DNA of 64,000 nucleotides from Octopus sinensis (Eukaryota), in NCBI RefSeq assembly GCF_006345805.1, contig NC_042999.1:113832001-113896000 (forward strand). The letters run 5' to 3'. The translations under genes and the position numbers were made by a program. Shown here one piece after another: positions 51,490 to 64,000 of this stretch. Below the pieces are notes generated by a model. The model worked only from the letters and a program-made list of their open reading frames with translations. It searched no databases and was not told the DNA's origin. Numbering within the stretch: position 1 is the first letter of the stretch; each line of letters begins with the position of its first letter.

Positions 51490-51860
51490 AGTGGTGGAGG
51501 GGCTAGTTGATTACATTGATCCCCATACTCAACTGATACTTATTTTATTGATTCTAAAAGGATGAAAGGAAAAGTCAACATTCACAGAATTTGAACTAAG
51601 AATGCAAAGAATGAAATGCCACTGGGCATTTTGTCCAGTTTGCCAACAATTCTGCCAGTTCACTGAACATCAGCATCAACAATAATAATAACAATAATAA
51701 TCCTTTCTACTAAAGGCAGAAGGCCTGAAAATTTGGGGGAGGGGAGCAGTCAATTACATTGACCCCAGTGTTTCACTGGTACTTAATTTATTGACCCTGA
51801 AAGATGAATGGCAAAGTCACCTCAGTGGAATTTGAACTCAGAACATAGTAAATGCAGGTA
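51490..51860 (-). mobile_element. Two family B SINEs in tandem
   Basis: Reverse-complement matches to the family B core. Confidence 0.8.
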
Positions 51861-52173
51861 ACATAACAGTTCCAATTTAACTGAGCATACATCATTCTGG
51901 TGCCCAATCAAAAGTAATGATTTGTTGCCAATGACAGGATTTAGGAATTTGTTTGTGCCAAATACCTGGCATTAATATCTCCTAATTCTCTCCAGGAGTT
52001 CAGTGGTAGAGTGGTAGCTGACTAAATGCATTATATTACTTAATTCTGAACTCCTCTTTTCCAAGTTTAAATCATCGTGATCAATAAAATATGTATTAAT
52101 TATGAAATAAGACATAATTCAAGTAACTATACTTCTTAAATATTCATGAAATCAATTCGTTGCAGACCTTCCT

Positions 52174-52383
52174 TTAACTCTTTAGAATTTCAACAGGCCA
52201 TATCTGGCCCAAATATTCTTCCTGTTTTATGTTCAAACCCACCAGATCTAACCTCCCACACCTACCTTACAATGGCATTCTAAAAATAAACAATCAATTG
52301 TGAAGCTACTTGGTAATGCACTATTAATTCAAAACAACATGAATAAAAAGAATTATAGAGTAATTTGAATGCTAAAGGGTTAG
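52174..52383 (+). mobile_element. piggyBac-like MITE, family 1
   Basis: TTAActctttag ... gctaaagggTTAG. The internal sequence matches the 24648 copy. Confidence 0.85.
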
Positions 52384-55300
52384 AGATTGAAGATTAAAAA
52401 AGAAGTTGTTCTTAGATATATGAATACAAAGGAAACACTTTAAATAAGGTATGTCTCTCAACTAAGTAATGGTAAGAGTTTTTTTTAAATTTAGAAACAT
52501 TGATTTCTTTTGATTATGTACAAACAGAAACAAAAATTAAATATTATTCATGTCTTTCCAAGGAATATTTATGATGAAAGTCAAATTAAATGGCTCCAAA
52601 TGTAAATTAAAACCAGGAATTAAGTTTCAGCTCACCAGAATCTTACAATTTGCTCCATGGAGATTAGATTACAAAGTAGACTTTATAAAATAAAGGGATG
52701 AACCAACATCTGTATATTACTGGTATTAATTTTATTAAAAGACAATAGTAACATTTTATTTGACTTCAAAAGGAGGAACAAAGATGAAATCTAAAAGATG
52801 AAGAAAATTAACATTAAAATAATGATTTAGATGACCAAAGTAGAAAAAAGTACAATAAACTGTGCCTTTATCACAGTCGATAAGAATGAAACATAGCTGC
52901 AAGGTGAAATCTAGCTAATATAGTAGTGGTACAATAATTGTCTGGCATTCTTTAAAGGCATAGTTAGCAGAAAAGGGGCAGAGCTCATTGGGTTTATTGG
53001 GGCCCTCCAAGACTAGGGATAGGGAAAATTATCCTCAGACAGAAGACCTGATTCAAATGCTTGCAACAAGTGGATTTTGCCAAAGGTATTCAATAGCCAG
53101 GTCGTAGTACGAAACTGGGGAAAAGATGAAATTAAGTCTCTCACCCAACATGAACAATCCTTTAAAAAGGCTTCCACACAGTTTCCATCAGTTAACTTTC
53201 AATCATAAGCCTTTGGTTAACCTGAGATTATGGTAGAATACACTTGCCTGAACTACAGTGGAGTCAAATCTAAAATCACATAGTTGTGAAGTAAACTTCT
53301 AAACCACAAGATACGCTTACGTTCATATAATCACCCAAACTAATCTCAAGTCAGCAAGGGATGTCTACACAGCCATTTGATCTGCTTCAGAAGCCAAATC
53401 TCCTTCATATTGCTGCCTATCATCTTTAAAAGAAATTCTTGGATATACTATGTCTGAGAAATGCATTTCGTCATAGTGTTGCTAGGCCAGGCCTAACTGG
53501 AGATAAACAACAGTAACAGCAAATATGTTAGTCACATTTGTTAAATAGCTTAAACTGGTTAAAAGTAGTTGAATGTTGATACATTAACACCATATCTGAT
53601 ATATAACAGTCCAGCTATTTCCACCTAGTTTGACAACTACACCACATGAATAGTAAATTCAAATGATCTTTCTGGAATAGTAACTTATCAACTTCAATTT
53701 CATATAGAGCTACTGAGAGTCAACTAATGTTGGTATTTTATACTGGGTATTCTAAATTGTTTGGGTCAGCTGATCATAAAATTTTGAAGTATTTCTAAAA
53801 CAAATGTTCCTACAGCTGAATGCGATTATTATTGCTAATCATTATAATTAGTAAAACAAGATTTATTTTATAGTTAAATTTAACAGGGTTAAGGACTGTA
53901 ATACATTTTAAGTTTAAAAGGCAAGTAATATAATTTATGCAGCAAAATTCTTCGTGTCTGAAAATAAAATAATAATTCAAAGAAGTTAATTATGAATTAT
54001 TGAATAGGTTTTATAAATTCTTATCCATAGTGAATTTTTGAAGGCCAAAATATTGAACATTGCTATATTCTTCTTCAAGCAGCACTGTTAAATTATCTTC
54101 ATCCTTTTCCTACACTTATCATCATCATTTAATGGCCACTTTCCATGCTGGCATGGGTTAGATGGAACTGGTAAGAAAGAGAGCTGCACCAGGTTCTTAT
54201 CTGATTTTTACTCAGTTTCTATAGCTGGATGCCCTTCCTAACACCGAGCACTTGGAGAGTGCAGTAGTTGTCTTTTATGCATCCTGACACAGGTGCTTTT
54301 ATGTGTCACCAGCATGGGTGCTTCTATGTGTCATTGGGTGGGTGGGCGGTCGAGCGTGCATACGTTCTCTCTCAGTTCTCCGAGGGGCTTAATTTTTGCA
54401 GTTTCTTGTAGCAACTCATTTCCACAGAATTAACTGACTAAATGACAGACTGAAAACAACAAATTTATAACATGAGTTCTCCTTAAACTGACTAAAGAAA
54501 TTAATAAACTCTGAATTTACAGTAGCCACATCTTAATCACAAAGACACACATAAAGCTCTCGCAACTGTTTGAAACAACAGTTGGATGGAAGTCTATATG
54601 TCAAAATTTGGAAGCAATTATTTTCTTTGAAATATGCTTCCCCCACTCATTGCAGCTAGTAACAATAGCAAATCATTGCTGCAATATTAGATATATTTTG
54701 ATTAGAGGTTCATTACCATTCTGGATCTAAACAATTTGTTTCAGTCTCCAGTGAAAGAGGGAAGTCATTCAAAAATCTCTTGATAGATGAGAGGACCAGT
54801 TTTTAGCTAAACTGCTAATAAATAGTACTACAGACTGAGTGAGTCAATGACTGAAGCCTTAAGTCACTGGACTGGAAGAGGTTATAAATCAAATTCAACT
54901 TGATAAATAGATCAAATTCATTTAGAAAATAAAAGAAAATGACTGTCTGCTAGCCACATCACACACACACACACACATTTATATGTTTGTATTTGTAAAA
55001 AAGAATATCAATGGAGAAACTGAAGCCGGTTTAGTTAATGCAATTGATTTCTTTTATATATTTTTTTTATTTTTTATTTTTACATTATGATATAAAAAAA
55101 AACTTTATTGATAATCATTAGACATTGCAAAAATCTCGCAGCAAAACAAAATGGATTGTAGGTTGTGAGCATTGCACTCAAATTGCTGCTAGATAGTTAC
55201 TATAAATGGATAAATTGAAAACTTGCTCATTTTCCTTTTTCCCTGTCTTATTGTTTGTTGGTTGCATTGTGTGTGTGTGCATGGGTATTCTAACATGTGC

Positions 55301-56177
55301 AGACACACACACATGCAAACAAAACATATGGTTGCATGTTTTCAGAGGAAAAAAAAACAAAAAGAAAAAACAAATTTATAATGTCAGGATTTATAGCATC
55401 ATGTTTATGTATGGGATCGCACAACCACAAGGCAATGCTAGATTCTTTTTTGTTGCTCTTTTTGTTTTAAATAATCCTTATTCTAATGATCATCACCTTT
55501 ATCATCATTATCAGCAGTACTATCATTGTTGTCGTCATATTATTATTTCTAATATTATTGATGTTAATTATTCAGTAGTAAACAATTGCTGCTTCAGTTA
55601 TTAATACAATAAACAGCTTTCTAATTATATAGTGAGTCAATGCCTCAAAGTAAATTGAAAACCAATTGCATTTTATACAACAGCAAAATACAGGGACAAA
55701 ATAGAAAAGGCTCAATATGTAAACTTTTGTAGCAGTGAGATGACTATAATGAATGGGGAATGAGAGAGAGAAATAGAAAGGGAATGAGAGAGGAAGGGAG
55801 AAAAGAGAATTATGGAGAGGGGGAGACTGGAAGGAAGAGAGAGAAGAAATAAAGAGACTAGAGAGACAAGGATGGAGAAAAACTTCGAGGGAAGGAAGAA
55901 GACAGGCAGAGAGAAAGGCTAAAAGAAAGGAACCTATGCAAGGTAGAAAGACATAAGAGAGAGCAAGAAAGAGGGAACTCAGGCAAAGACAGCCGCATGC
56001 ATGCATACACATACACACAAGCTCTTGTAAATTCATAGATACACATACATACTCCAACAAAGACGCACAAATACTAACATATGCACACTTGCGCACAAAC
56101 CAACTAATATGAATATATATGTACACCTGCAGACATTCTTACAAACGTGAACACACACACATACGCAGATTTCATAC

Positions 56178-56343
56178 CATTGATAAAAATAATGTGCTAG
56201 GCACAGCCCATGACATCGCTCTCCAAAATGCAGCCCTCTTAAAATTCCTTCCTTGTTCAAATGTTTCCTCTACAGACATCAACCTATAGAATTTCAAGCT
56301 GGAGGAGGCTTTCTCAGATTCGTTGTTGATGTTGATGTCACAA
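56178..56343 (-). CDS. Putative internal exon (CDININNESEKASSSLKFYRLMSVEETFEQGRNFKRAAFWRAMSWAVPSTLFLSM)
   Basis: Acceptor catatcatatttag, donor ATG|gtatga, open frame phase 2 to 0, and a locally higher-complexity island. Family not recognised. Confidence 0.4.
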
Positions 56344-57427
56344 CTAAATATGATATGAGTCAGTGTGGTTGAGAAACTAGCTAGAAATAGTAGCCAAATC
56401 CTTAGCATATGAACATGGACAGGAGACAGGATATGTTATGAATACACTACATCTGATGGATACAGCTGGAATACATATTTTTGTTCACAAGTCTGATTAA
56501 TGAGGGCTGATCTGAGACTAATCAACAATAATGAAATATTTGTAAAGAAAGTTGGGTTGGTAGGACAGTGCTAAGTTTCCAAGTCAACTGTATAGCTACT
56601 CTTCATAGATATAGCATATGCAGCTCTTTGAATGGTTGTAACCTTTTATAATGCTTAAATCATTAATGAAGACACCTTTAGTTACATATTGCTCAATATC
56701 AGGCAACAGAATGTTAAAAGAATGCAAGAGTTAAGCTATCCAATTGCAACATCAAAGTCATTTCAGTCCTGATTCAGAGTCTAAAACCTAGCTCCCATAT
56801 TTGGAAAGGAAATGTTGCCAATATCTAAATGAAATTTTGACCCAATTCACCAAGAAGCTTTTCTTGCAAAAATTCCAAATGGAATTTTTCTATTATTTCA
56901 TAATATTCTTCATTTAGATTTCTACTTTAGCTTGCTGTGAATCATGTAAGTTGCCTTCAGTTTGATAATTTACACATTCAGTATCATTATAATGGACTAC
57001 TGAGCCCAGCTGCACAAACCCTGTCAAGTTAGCCCTCCCTGTTATTTGATAGGGTCTTCCTTGAACATTTGAACTCTTTAGTTACTGAATTTCTGTTGAA
57101 TTACACTGTCATTCCTTCAATTAATATTTTTTTCTTTCAACTGTTTTCAAGTCAATTCTTTCAATTCAAAACTAATGAAGAATATAGTTAAATAATTCTA
57201 TCTTTATTAAGCTGTCGTTTGGAACATAGATTAGCTTGAAATTTTAATGGAAAGTTTTAATCTTGATCACTTTTAAATCTGTACCAAAGTATCAAATGTG
57301 TTCTCAGACAGACTGATGTTAAGAAAGTTAAAGCCCACTCTAACAGCACTGTCATAAATCAGTCTCTGCTACTGAATAGCTTCAGATGGATCAAGCTTAT
57401 TGCATCTCAAATGAGTATAATAATATG

Positions 57428-57468
<41 letters not shown>

Positions 57469-58858
57469 GGTAGGTTTAATTCACTACTTAATTTTAACAT
57501 CACTACCTGATTCATGCTTTTTTTTTTTTTTTTTTTTTTTTAGGGGAGATCACTCAGCAATCCGATGATACCATCAAGCCATTGGTCTGAGGAGGCTGGA
57601 AAATTTCATGGTCACTACCTTTCCAACTCTGACTAAGCCAAAAAAAAAAAAATTAAGAAAACGTTTTTGAAATGGGGACAGATAATAGCTGTGCAGTTAA
57701 GAAATTCGTTTTTAAAACCAAGTAATTCTGGGTATGATCCCAATGTGTAACACTGCAGGCAAGTGCCTCGTACCATAGATCCAACGCAATCAAAACCTTG
57801 TTTGAGTAAAATTTGGAAAGCTGAAACTGCACATGTATGAATGTGTTTGTGCAAGTATGCTAATAACAGCAATTAAAACTTTTGTGTAGCTTAATTTTTT
57901 TTTTTTCTCCTTGGACAACTAAATTTTATTAATGCATAAATTTATGTGCATGTGTACATACATACATACCAGGTGAGCTGGTAGAATCATTAGCCCACTG
58001 GACTAAACGCTTAGCATCATTTCATTTACGTTCTGAGTTCAAATTCTGGCATGATCAACTCTACCTTTCATCCTTTTCAGGTTGATGAAATAAGTACTAG
58101 TTAAACACTTGAATTTGATTCCTATATAATCCCCCAAAATGAAATGATAATTCCACTTATTAAATGATATAGATCATCATTTAATTATTTCAATAAAAAC
58201 AAACACTCAAATAATTGTTTCATCCGCCAACCATTTCCTCAAGTTTAAGTAGAAGCAATTTAAGGCCAACTAAATCAAATATATATTCTATTGGCCCAGG
58301 CTTATTTTATAGTCAATATTCTGAAATTTGTCAATCTTCAATGTAATCAACTTGCCCCTTCCCTCAAGATTCCGGGTCTTTTGCCACAGTAGAATGGATT
58401 TTATATATATGATAACCTTGTACCTCCTCTACAGCAAGACAGTGTTTCAGTCACTCTGTCTCACTATAACCTTTCATCATCTGACACAAGATCTCCTCTG
58501 TCAATGCCCCCTCCCCTCTAAAAGGATTTTTGCCTTGCACATTACTTGGTGACCTTGCCAGTGCTTATGCCACATAAAAAGCATCCAGTCCACACTGTAA
58601 AGTGGTTGGTGTTTGGGAGAGCATCCAGCTGTAAAAACTTTGCCTGTGCTTGAGCTACGTAAAAAGCACTCAGCCCACTCTGGAGGATGGTTCGTGTTAG
58701 GAAGGGTATAAGCCATAAAAACCCTGCCAAACAGACACAGAAGTCTAGTGCAGGCTCCTACCTAGCTAGCTCCTGTCAAACTGTCCAACCCATGGATGAT
58801 GGTGCATAAAATCCATTCTACTGTAGGCACAAGATCTATATATATATATCTATATATA

Positions 58859-58915
<57 letters not shown>

Positions 58916-59008
58916 CACAAACATGAAATAATGAATTCAATCCAAATAATGATATTTTGAATGTGTTTAATACGTATGTTTCAGAAAATTGCACAATAGA
59001 TACAACAA

Positions 59009-59078
59009 AATTCATCTTTTATACAAGATCTTCCTCAGTTAAGACATTTCAAGGAAGATCTTGTATAAGAGAAGAATT
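59009..59078 (+). other. 70-nt stem-loop, 27-bp stem with 16-nt loop; candidate pre-miRNA or tiny foldback element
   Basis: Left arm aattcatcttttatacaagatcttcct pairs with right arm aggaagatcttgtataagagaagaatt: 25 Watson-Crick pairs, 1 G-U and 1 mismatch. Confidence 0.45.
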
Positions 59079-59174
59079 TATTTTTATCTATTGCATAATG
59101 ATCTGAAACATGCATATTAAATGCATTCAAAGTATCATAACTTAGTTTGACTTCATTATTATATATTATATTAG

Positions 59175-59390
59175 GGTAGCATGCTGGCGGAATTGTTAGC
59201 ACACTAGGCAAAATACTTAACGGTATTTCATCTGCTGCTACGTTCTCAATTCAAATTCCACCGAGGTCGACTTTGCCTTTCATCCTTTCAGGGTCGATGA
59301 AATAAGTACCAGTTACACACTGAGGTCGATGTAATTGAAAAGCCTCCTTCCCCAAAAATTTTCAAAGCCTCATGCCTAGAGTAGAAATAA
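59175..59390 (+). mobile_element. Young family B SINE
   Basis: gctggcggaattgttagcac...caccgaggtcgactttgcctttcatcctttcagggtcgatgaaataagtacc, with CpGs retained. Confidence 0.88.
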
Positions 59391-59859
59391 TTATTATATA
59401 TTATATTACTCCAAGCCAGTACAAGCTAGCCAGTATTTATTCCACTTACACAGATACTCTAACAAGGATTTGTAGAGGTTTGTTCTATTCAACTTGAGTC
59501 AGAAAATTCCAGAAACATGCATCACATCTAAGCATATGGTTAAAGTGATGCTCATATTGAAATTCTAAGATTTAAATGCTTTCAGGATTTAACATTTAAA
59601 ATATTAATGACACTTATGACATTACAAGTTATGAAGATAAAAATATTTTTTTTTTAATGAAAACTGTTGAGATAAGGGAAATACACATAGTATGCAAAGG
59701 ACAAGAAGAAAAAAGAAAGATTAAAACAAAGAAAAAAAAGGATAGGAGATGGAATGGTAGAAAGGTGAAAAGAGAACTGAAGAGGATTAAGAAAAAGTAG
59801 GTAGAATTTGTCTGAAACATTTGCTAACTTAAGATATATTGAGATAACAGGATGAGAGA

Positions 59860-59899
<40 letters not shown>

Positions 59900-60753
59900 G
59901 TGAGTGAGTGTGTATGTGTATGTAAGGGATGGGGGGAATTAAGTATAAAGGATGAAGAGTTAAATACATCAAAGCTTTTGAGACAGGGAAATGAACTCAT
60001 ACATTTTTATTCAGAAGGAAGAAAAGAGAAAATCAGAATAAAGTAAAATAAAAAAAAAAAAGAGGAAGTAGAGAGAGAAAATACATACTGAAAGTACAAA
60101 GAGAACAGCTGACCAGTGGTAATTAATCAGAATAAAGTCAAATGGTATACAACTTCAATAGACAAAACAGATTCACATCCTTTTTCCAATTAGGAGAAAG
60201 AGAGAAGCCAGTTTACTAAATACCTGCAAATACCTAAACAAATCCCTTCACTGCATTTGTCATTTAGTGGACTTAACATTGGCACAATTACATTGAAATT
60301 GATTATTTGATGGAAGCCTGTTATAATTTCTTCAGTTCATACCAGAATCCAAATTTTTAAGATTGTTAATACAGTTGTAGTTAGTTTCAAAGAGTTATTG
60401 TTCAAGAAATTGCTGTACCCCTGACCAATTGTAAAATACCTCTTTAAAGTCTTAAAAGTTTTCACAGTATTAGATGTTACATCCAACCTGATTAGAGAAT
60501 TATACCAGGTAATAATATGTTTATGCAGCATCCTATAGTTTTTGTGAAGCATTAAGAAGTGGAATATACTGTAATTTCTGGTGAAAAATGCTATCTTTTA
60601 AAACAATGCTGTAATAGGGCCCAGACATGATTAAAAACTTCACCTGAAGAAATGTTATACATGCAGTGGTTACTATTATTCATAAAATATTCAAAACTAT
60701 ATGGAAAGCTAACTGGAAGACTTCATTCAGTCACCTATAGAAGCAATACTTAC

Positions 60754-60777
60754 CTGTGTACAAGTCTCATGTAATAT
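60754..60777 (-). CDS. Putative 24-nt microexon (YYMRLVH in phase 2-2, or ILHETCTQ in phase 0-0)
   Basis: Acceptor ttttttttag and donor CAG|gtaagtat are both near-consensus, and the length is a multiple of 3. Confidence 0.45.
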
Positions 60778-61334
60778 CTAAAAAAAACTAACCAGACAAA
60801 AATAGTTACCACTTGCAATTCTTTTGCAAGACATTAAGTGGTGTGATGTTGAAATTCTCAAAACAGGTTTTTGAAGTGCCTTGATGTGCTTCAGATATCC
60901 TTTGAATTATTTAGAGTTCTCTTTCCTAACTCACATCTTTGTATCAAAAGGTTCTCTAGTTAAGTGTTTTCAAAGGCAATTCAAGTGAAAATAGTAGGTT
61001 CTACTAAACTGGCTTCTCTTTTTCTCATAATTGGAAAAAGAATTTGAATCCGTCTCATGTTATTATGACTTTCTTTTCCTTTTCTCCTTCTTCAACCCTT
61101 CCATATAACCAAGATTATTTATCCATGCCTCAAAGATATTAATACATTTCTCCCCTTTCCTGCATTTTACTTTATCCCCTTTGAGTCCAATATTTATATA
61201 CTTTTATCTTCTCATAGACATACACACAGATTTTGGTACTTTTATACACGCTTATAGCTTAAAGTGATCACTGAGCAATGACTAACGAAAATAGTCTAAT
61301 AAAGCGGCCGAAAGTATATATATATATATATATA

Positions 61335-61500
61335 TCATCATCATTTAACATCCATGGCATGGGTTGGACGGTTCGACTGGAGTCTGGGAAGCCAGGAGGG
61401 TGCACCAGGCCCCAATCTGATCTGGCAGTGTTTCTACAACTGGATGCCCTTCCTAATGCCAACCACTCCGAAAGTGTACTGGGTGCTTTTTATGTGCCAT

Positions 61501-61568
<68 letters not shown>

Positions 61569-61905
61569 GAACTGAATTACCTATGTTCAGCACAGTGAAG
61601 GATGAAGGTCTCAACATGTTCTCTCAATCAACCATGGTCTGATGGTAAAGCCACCAATTTGAGCTTAAGATCATATTGGATTGATGAGCCTTCTCAGCCA
61701 TACTGGCTTGACGTGGTTTGGCAGAGGGGTGCAGTTATATATATATATCATCATCATCGTTTAACGTCTGTTTTCCACGCTAGCATGGGTTGGACGGTTC
61801 GACCGGGGTCGGGAAGCCAGGGGCTGCACCAGGCTCCAGTTTGATCTGGCAGAGTTTCTACAGCTGGATGCCCTTCCTAACGCCAACCACTCCGCGAGTG
61901 TACTC
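61335..61905 (-). mobile_element. Two 5'-truncated family C elements
   Basis: Copies at 61335-61500 and 61748-61905, both catcat-ttaac.tc...atgggttggacggttcgac...ggatgcccttcctaa.gccaaccactcc. Other copies lie near 27365, 36170, 43940, 45195, 54120 and 58555. Confidence 0.85.
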
Positions 61906-61966
61906 TTACCCAGGAGTAACTAAATCAATTACATTGACCCCAGTACTCAGCTGGTATTTACTTTAG

Positions 61967-61997
<31 letters not shown>

Positions 61998-62015
61998 TGT
62001 GTGTGTGTGTGTGTG

Positions 62016-62055
<40 letters not shown>

Positions 62056-62594
62056 AGCAGAATTAGTCAAGCATCAAACAAAACTACCTTGTGCTATTTG
62101 TTTAGGTACCTTTATACCCAGTTCAACTTTACCTTTCCTCTTTTGAGGTTAGTGGAATATGTAGGCAAAAGTAAAACTCTCAGAAGGAAGCAATCCACTC
62201 CCAATCATTGTCCACAGCCTCATGACTGACAGCCAATGAAAGAAGAACCAAAGAATATGCAAATGTACACAGATGAACATGGAATCCTACATGCATGTAC
62301 ATGCACAAACACTGAATGCTATTAGAAAACCAACATGTAAATTTCTCTTCGGCCCTGAGAAGGCTGGTACATTCATTACTCCAGTTTTGTGGTATTAACA
62401 TAAATGAAAGACAAATATTTCTGAATAGGACAATGATCCAGCTCACATAAGGCATCTGTTCCTGACAACTAGATGAACTAAAACATGTAGATTTAAGTAC
62501 TGCACAAATACACAACAAAAACCCCTGGAGGTACAATCTAATTTAATACTCTTGTCCAGCAGTTATCTAAATCAATTATACATATATATATATT

Positions 62595-62885
62595 TCTAAA
62601 GAAGCTTGCTTCCCAACCTCATGCTTCCATGTTCAGTCCCACTGCATAGCATATTGGGCAAGTGTCTTCTACTAAAAGACGCCTGTTGTGTGTGTGTCTT
62701 TCCTCCCATCACTGGTTGACAACCGGTGATGGTGTGTTTATATCCCCGCTACTTAGCGACTTGGTAAAAGAGACCAACAGAATAAGTACTAGGCTTAAAA
62801 AATAAGTCCTGGAGTGAATAAGAAAATTCCCTTAAGCTGGTGCTCCAGTATGGCCACAGTGAAATAACAAAAATAAAATAAAAGT
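62595..62885 (+). mobile_element. SINE family A, internally deleted
   Basis: aagcttgcttcccaacc...gggcaagtgtcttctact...gaataagtactaggctt...gctccagtatggccacagt. Confidence 0.8.
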
Positions 62886-62896
62886 ATGTATGTATG

Positions 62897-62931
<35 letters not shown>

Positions 62932-63355
62932 GTTGTATTAGAACATATAATACTACAATATTTACCATGAAATCTCTCATATGGTTTTGTGGTATATATA
63001 AACACTCTTGTTTATAGCACTAGCAGGAGACAATCATTGCCATCACCATTGCAAAGACTACCAGATCACATGATTTCAGCCTACATTTTTATATAGTCAA
63101 GATAAAAAAAATTTTTTAATGGTATCTACCTAAAAAATGTATCTAGAATGGCAAACCTTTATCCAATGATCAAACAGCACCTAAGATTACATCCACCTGA
63201 GTTACTAAATTCTTTTGTTGTTGTTTAACCCTGAAATCAGACCTGAGCTAATGTACAGCACACACATTTGATCACTACAAACTAACCATTTGTGCAAGTT
63301 GTTTGGCAAAAGCTAAACACTCCTACATCATCTTCGATGAGAGAGATCATCATCA

Positions 63356-63389
<34 letters not shown>

Positions 63390-64000
63390 ATTTTCCAATG
63401 TGTATCGCCTTTTTTAAAGTCAGTAAAGTCAGTGTATGATTTTTAGTAAATTTAGTGTGATTTGAAAGAGAGATTTAGTTGTTAGTTAATTTCATCATGC
63501 CTAAGAACCACACTGAGACCCTGGTAATTTTGTCAATGTTGCACTTTCAATCTGTCTTTCCATATTGTTAAATATAAGTAGATTTTTAGATTATTTCAGA
63601 TTATTTACTTACACCTTTTTAACTAAACTTTCAATTTCACATCACCCAAGCTATGTTGCATTTAATCCTTCAATATAAAGATCCTCTTACACTGGGACAC
63701 CCTTTGACTTCACACATTTCCAACTCCCCAAACAAACCAACAAAGGAGCTTCTCTATGGGCAAACTGAGGCCTATGAGACTTTCTGAATGGTTCGCCTAA
63801 ATGAAAAGATATCTTGAATTATTTTTAGTGATGATGAGCCTTGTCTCTTGCAGCCTGCTTCTCAAAAACAGCTGCCCATGCCTGCTTTATATTGTTGATC
63901 AACTTGCTAGATATAGCAACTAAATCACCCTCAAATCACACCCAGCTATCTTTTAAATATCTGATAATCTTAGATATTCCTTAAAAAGACGTAGACGGTC

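Noticed and set aside
62180-62536. 118-aa minus ORF and a Cys/His-containing plus-strand frame
   Set aside because: No recognisable motif, several stops on the plus strand and no convincing splice sites. It may be a decayed TE but I cannot assign it.

Overview
This is AT-rich, microsatellite-saturated eukaryotic DNA. The SINE repertoire and repeat texture look like an Octopus (coleoid cephalopod) genome; that is my recognition, not a database hit. There is one 100-N scaffold gap at 20083-20182. Most six-frame ORFs are artefacts of (CA)n/(TA)n/(GA)n/(TGTA)n repeats. The best-supported content is layered transposon debris: (1) a ~2.5 kb decayed Helitron Rep/PIF1-helicase fossil at 32.1-34.6 kb; (2) a Penelope-like element (RT plus GIY-YIG) at 48.3-49.7 kb whose frame is restored exactly when an inserted TTAA-flanked MITE is removed; (3) two RLE-type (R4/Dong/NeSL-like) LINE 3' ends, one CR1-like 3' end and one RTE 3' end; (4) piggyBac-like, hAT and Tc1/mariner-like MITEs; (5) dozens of copies of three abundant SINE-like families, often stacked or nested. 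No host gene could be named. Several isolated segments have strong splice signals. The most coherent set is a minus-strand trio (60754-60777, 56178-56343, 44661-44693) that splices in frame into a C-terminal membrane-anchor-like tail. Structural oddities include a ~70-nt near-perfect pre-miRNA-sized hairpin (59009-59078), a foldback plus tandem rearrangement (36.5-37.5 kb), a templated inverted insertion inside a SINE (22.7-23.0 kb) and a ~975 bp indel-rich tandem duplication (12.6-14.5 kb) that is probably a long-read artefact. No rRNA, bona fide tRNA or CRISPR array was seen, and I cannot support a wholly new biological system from sequence alone.
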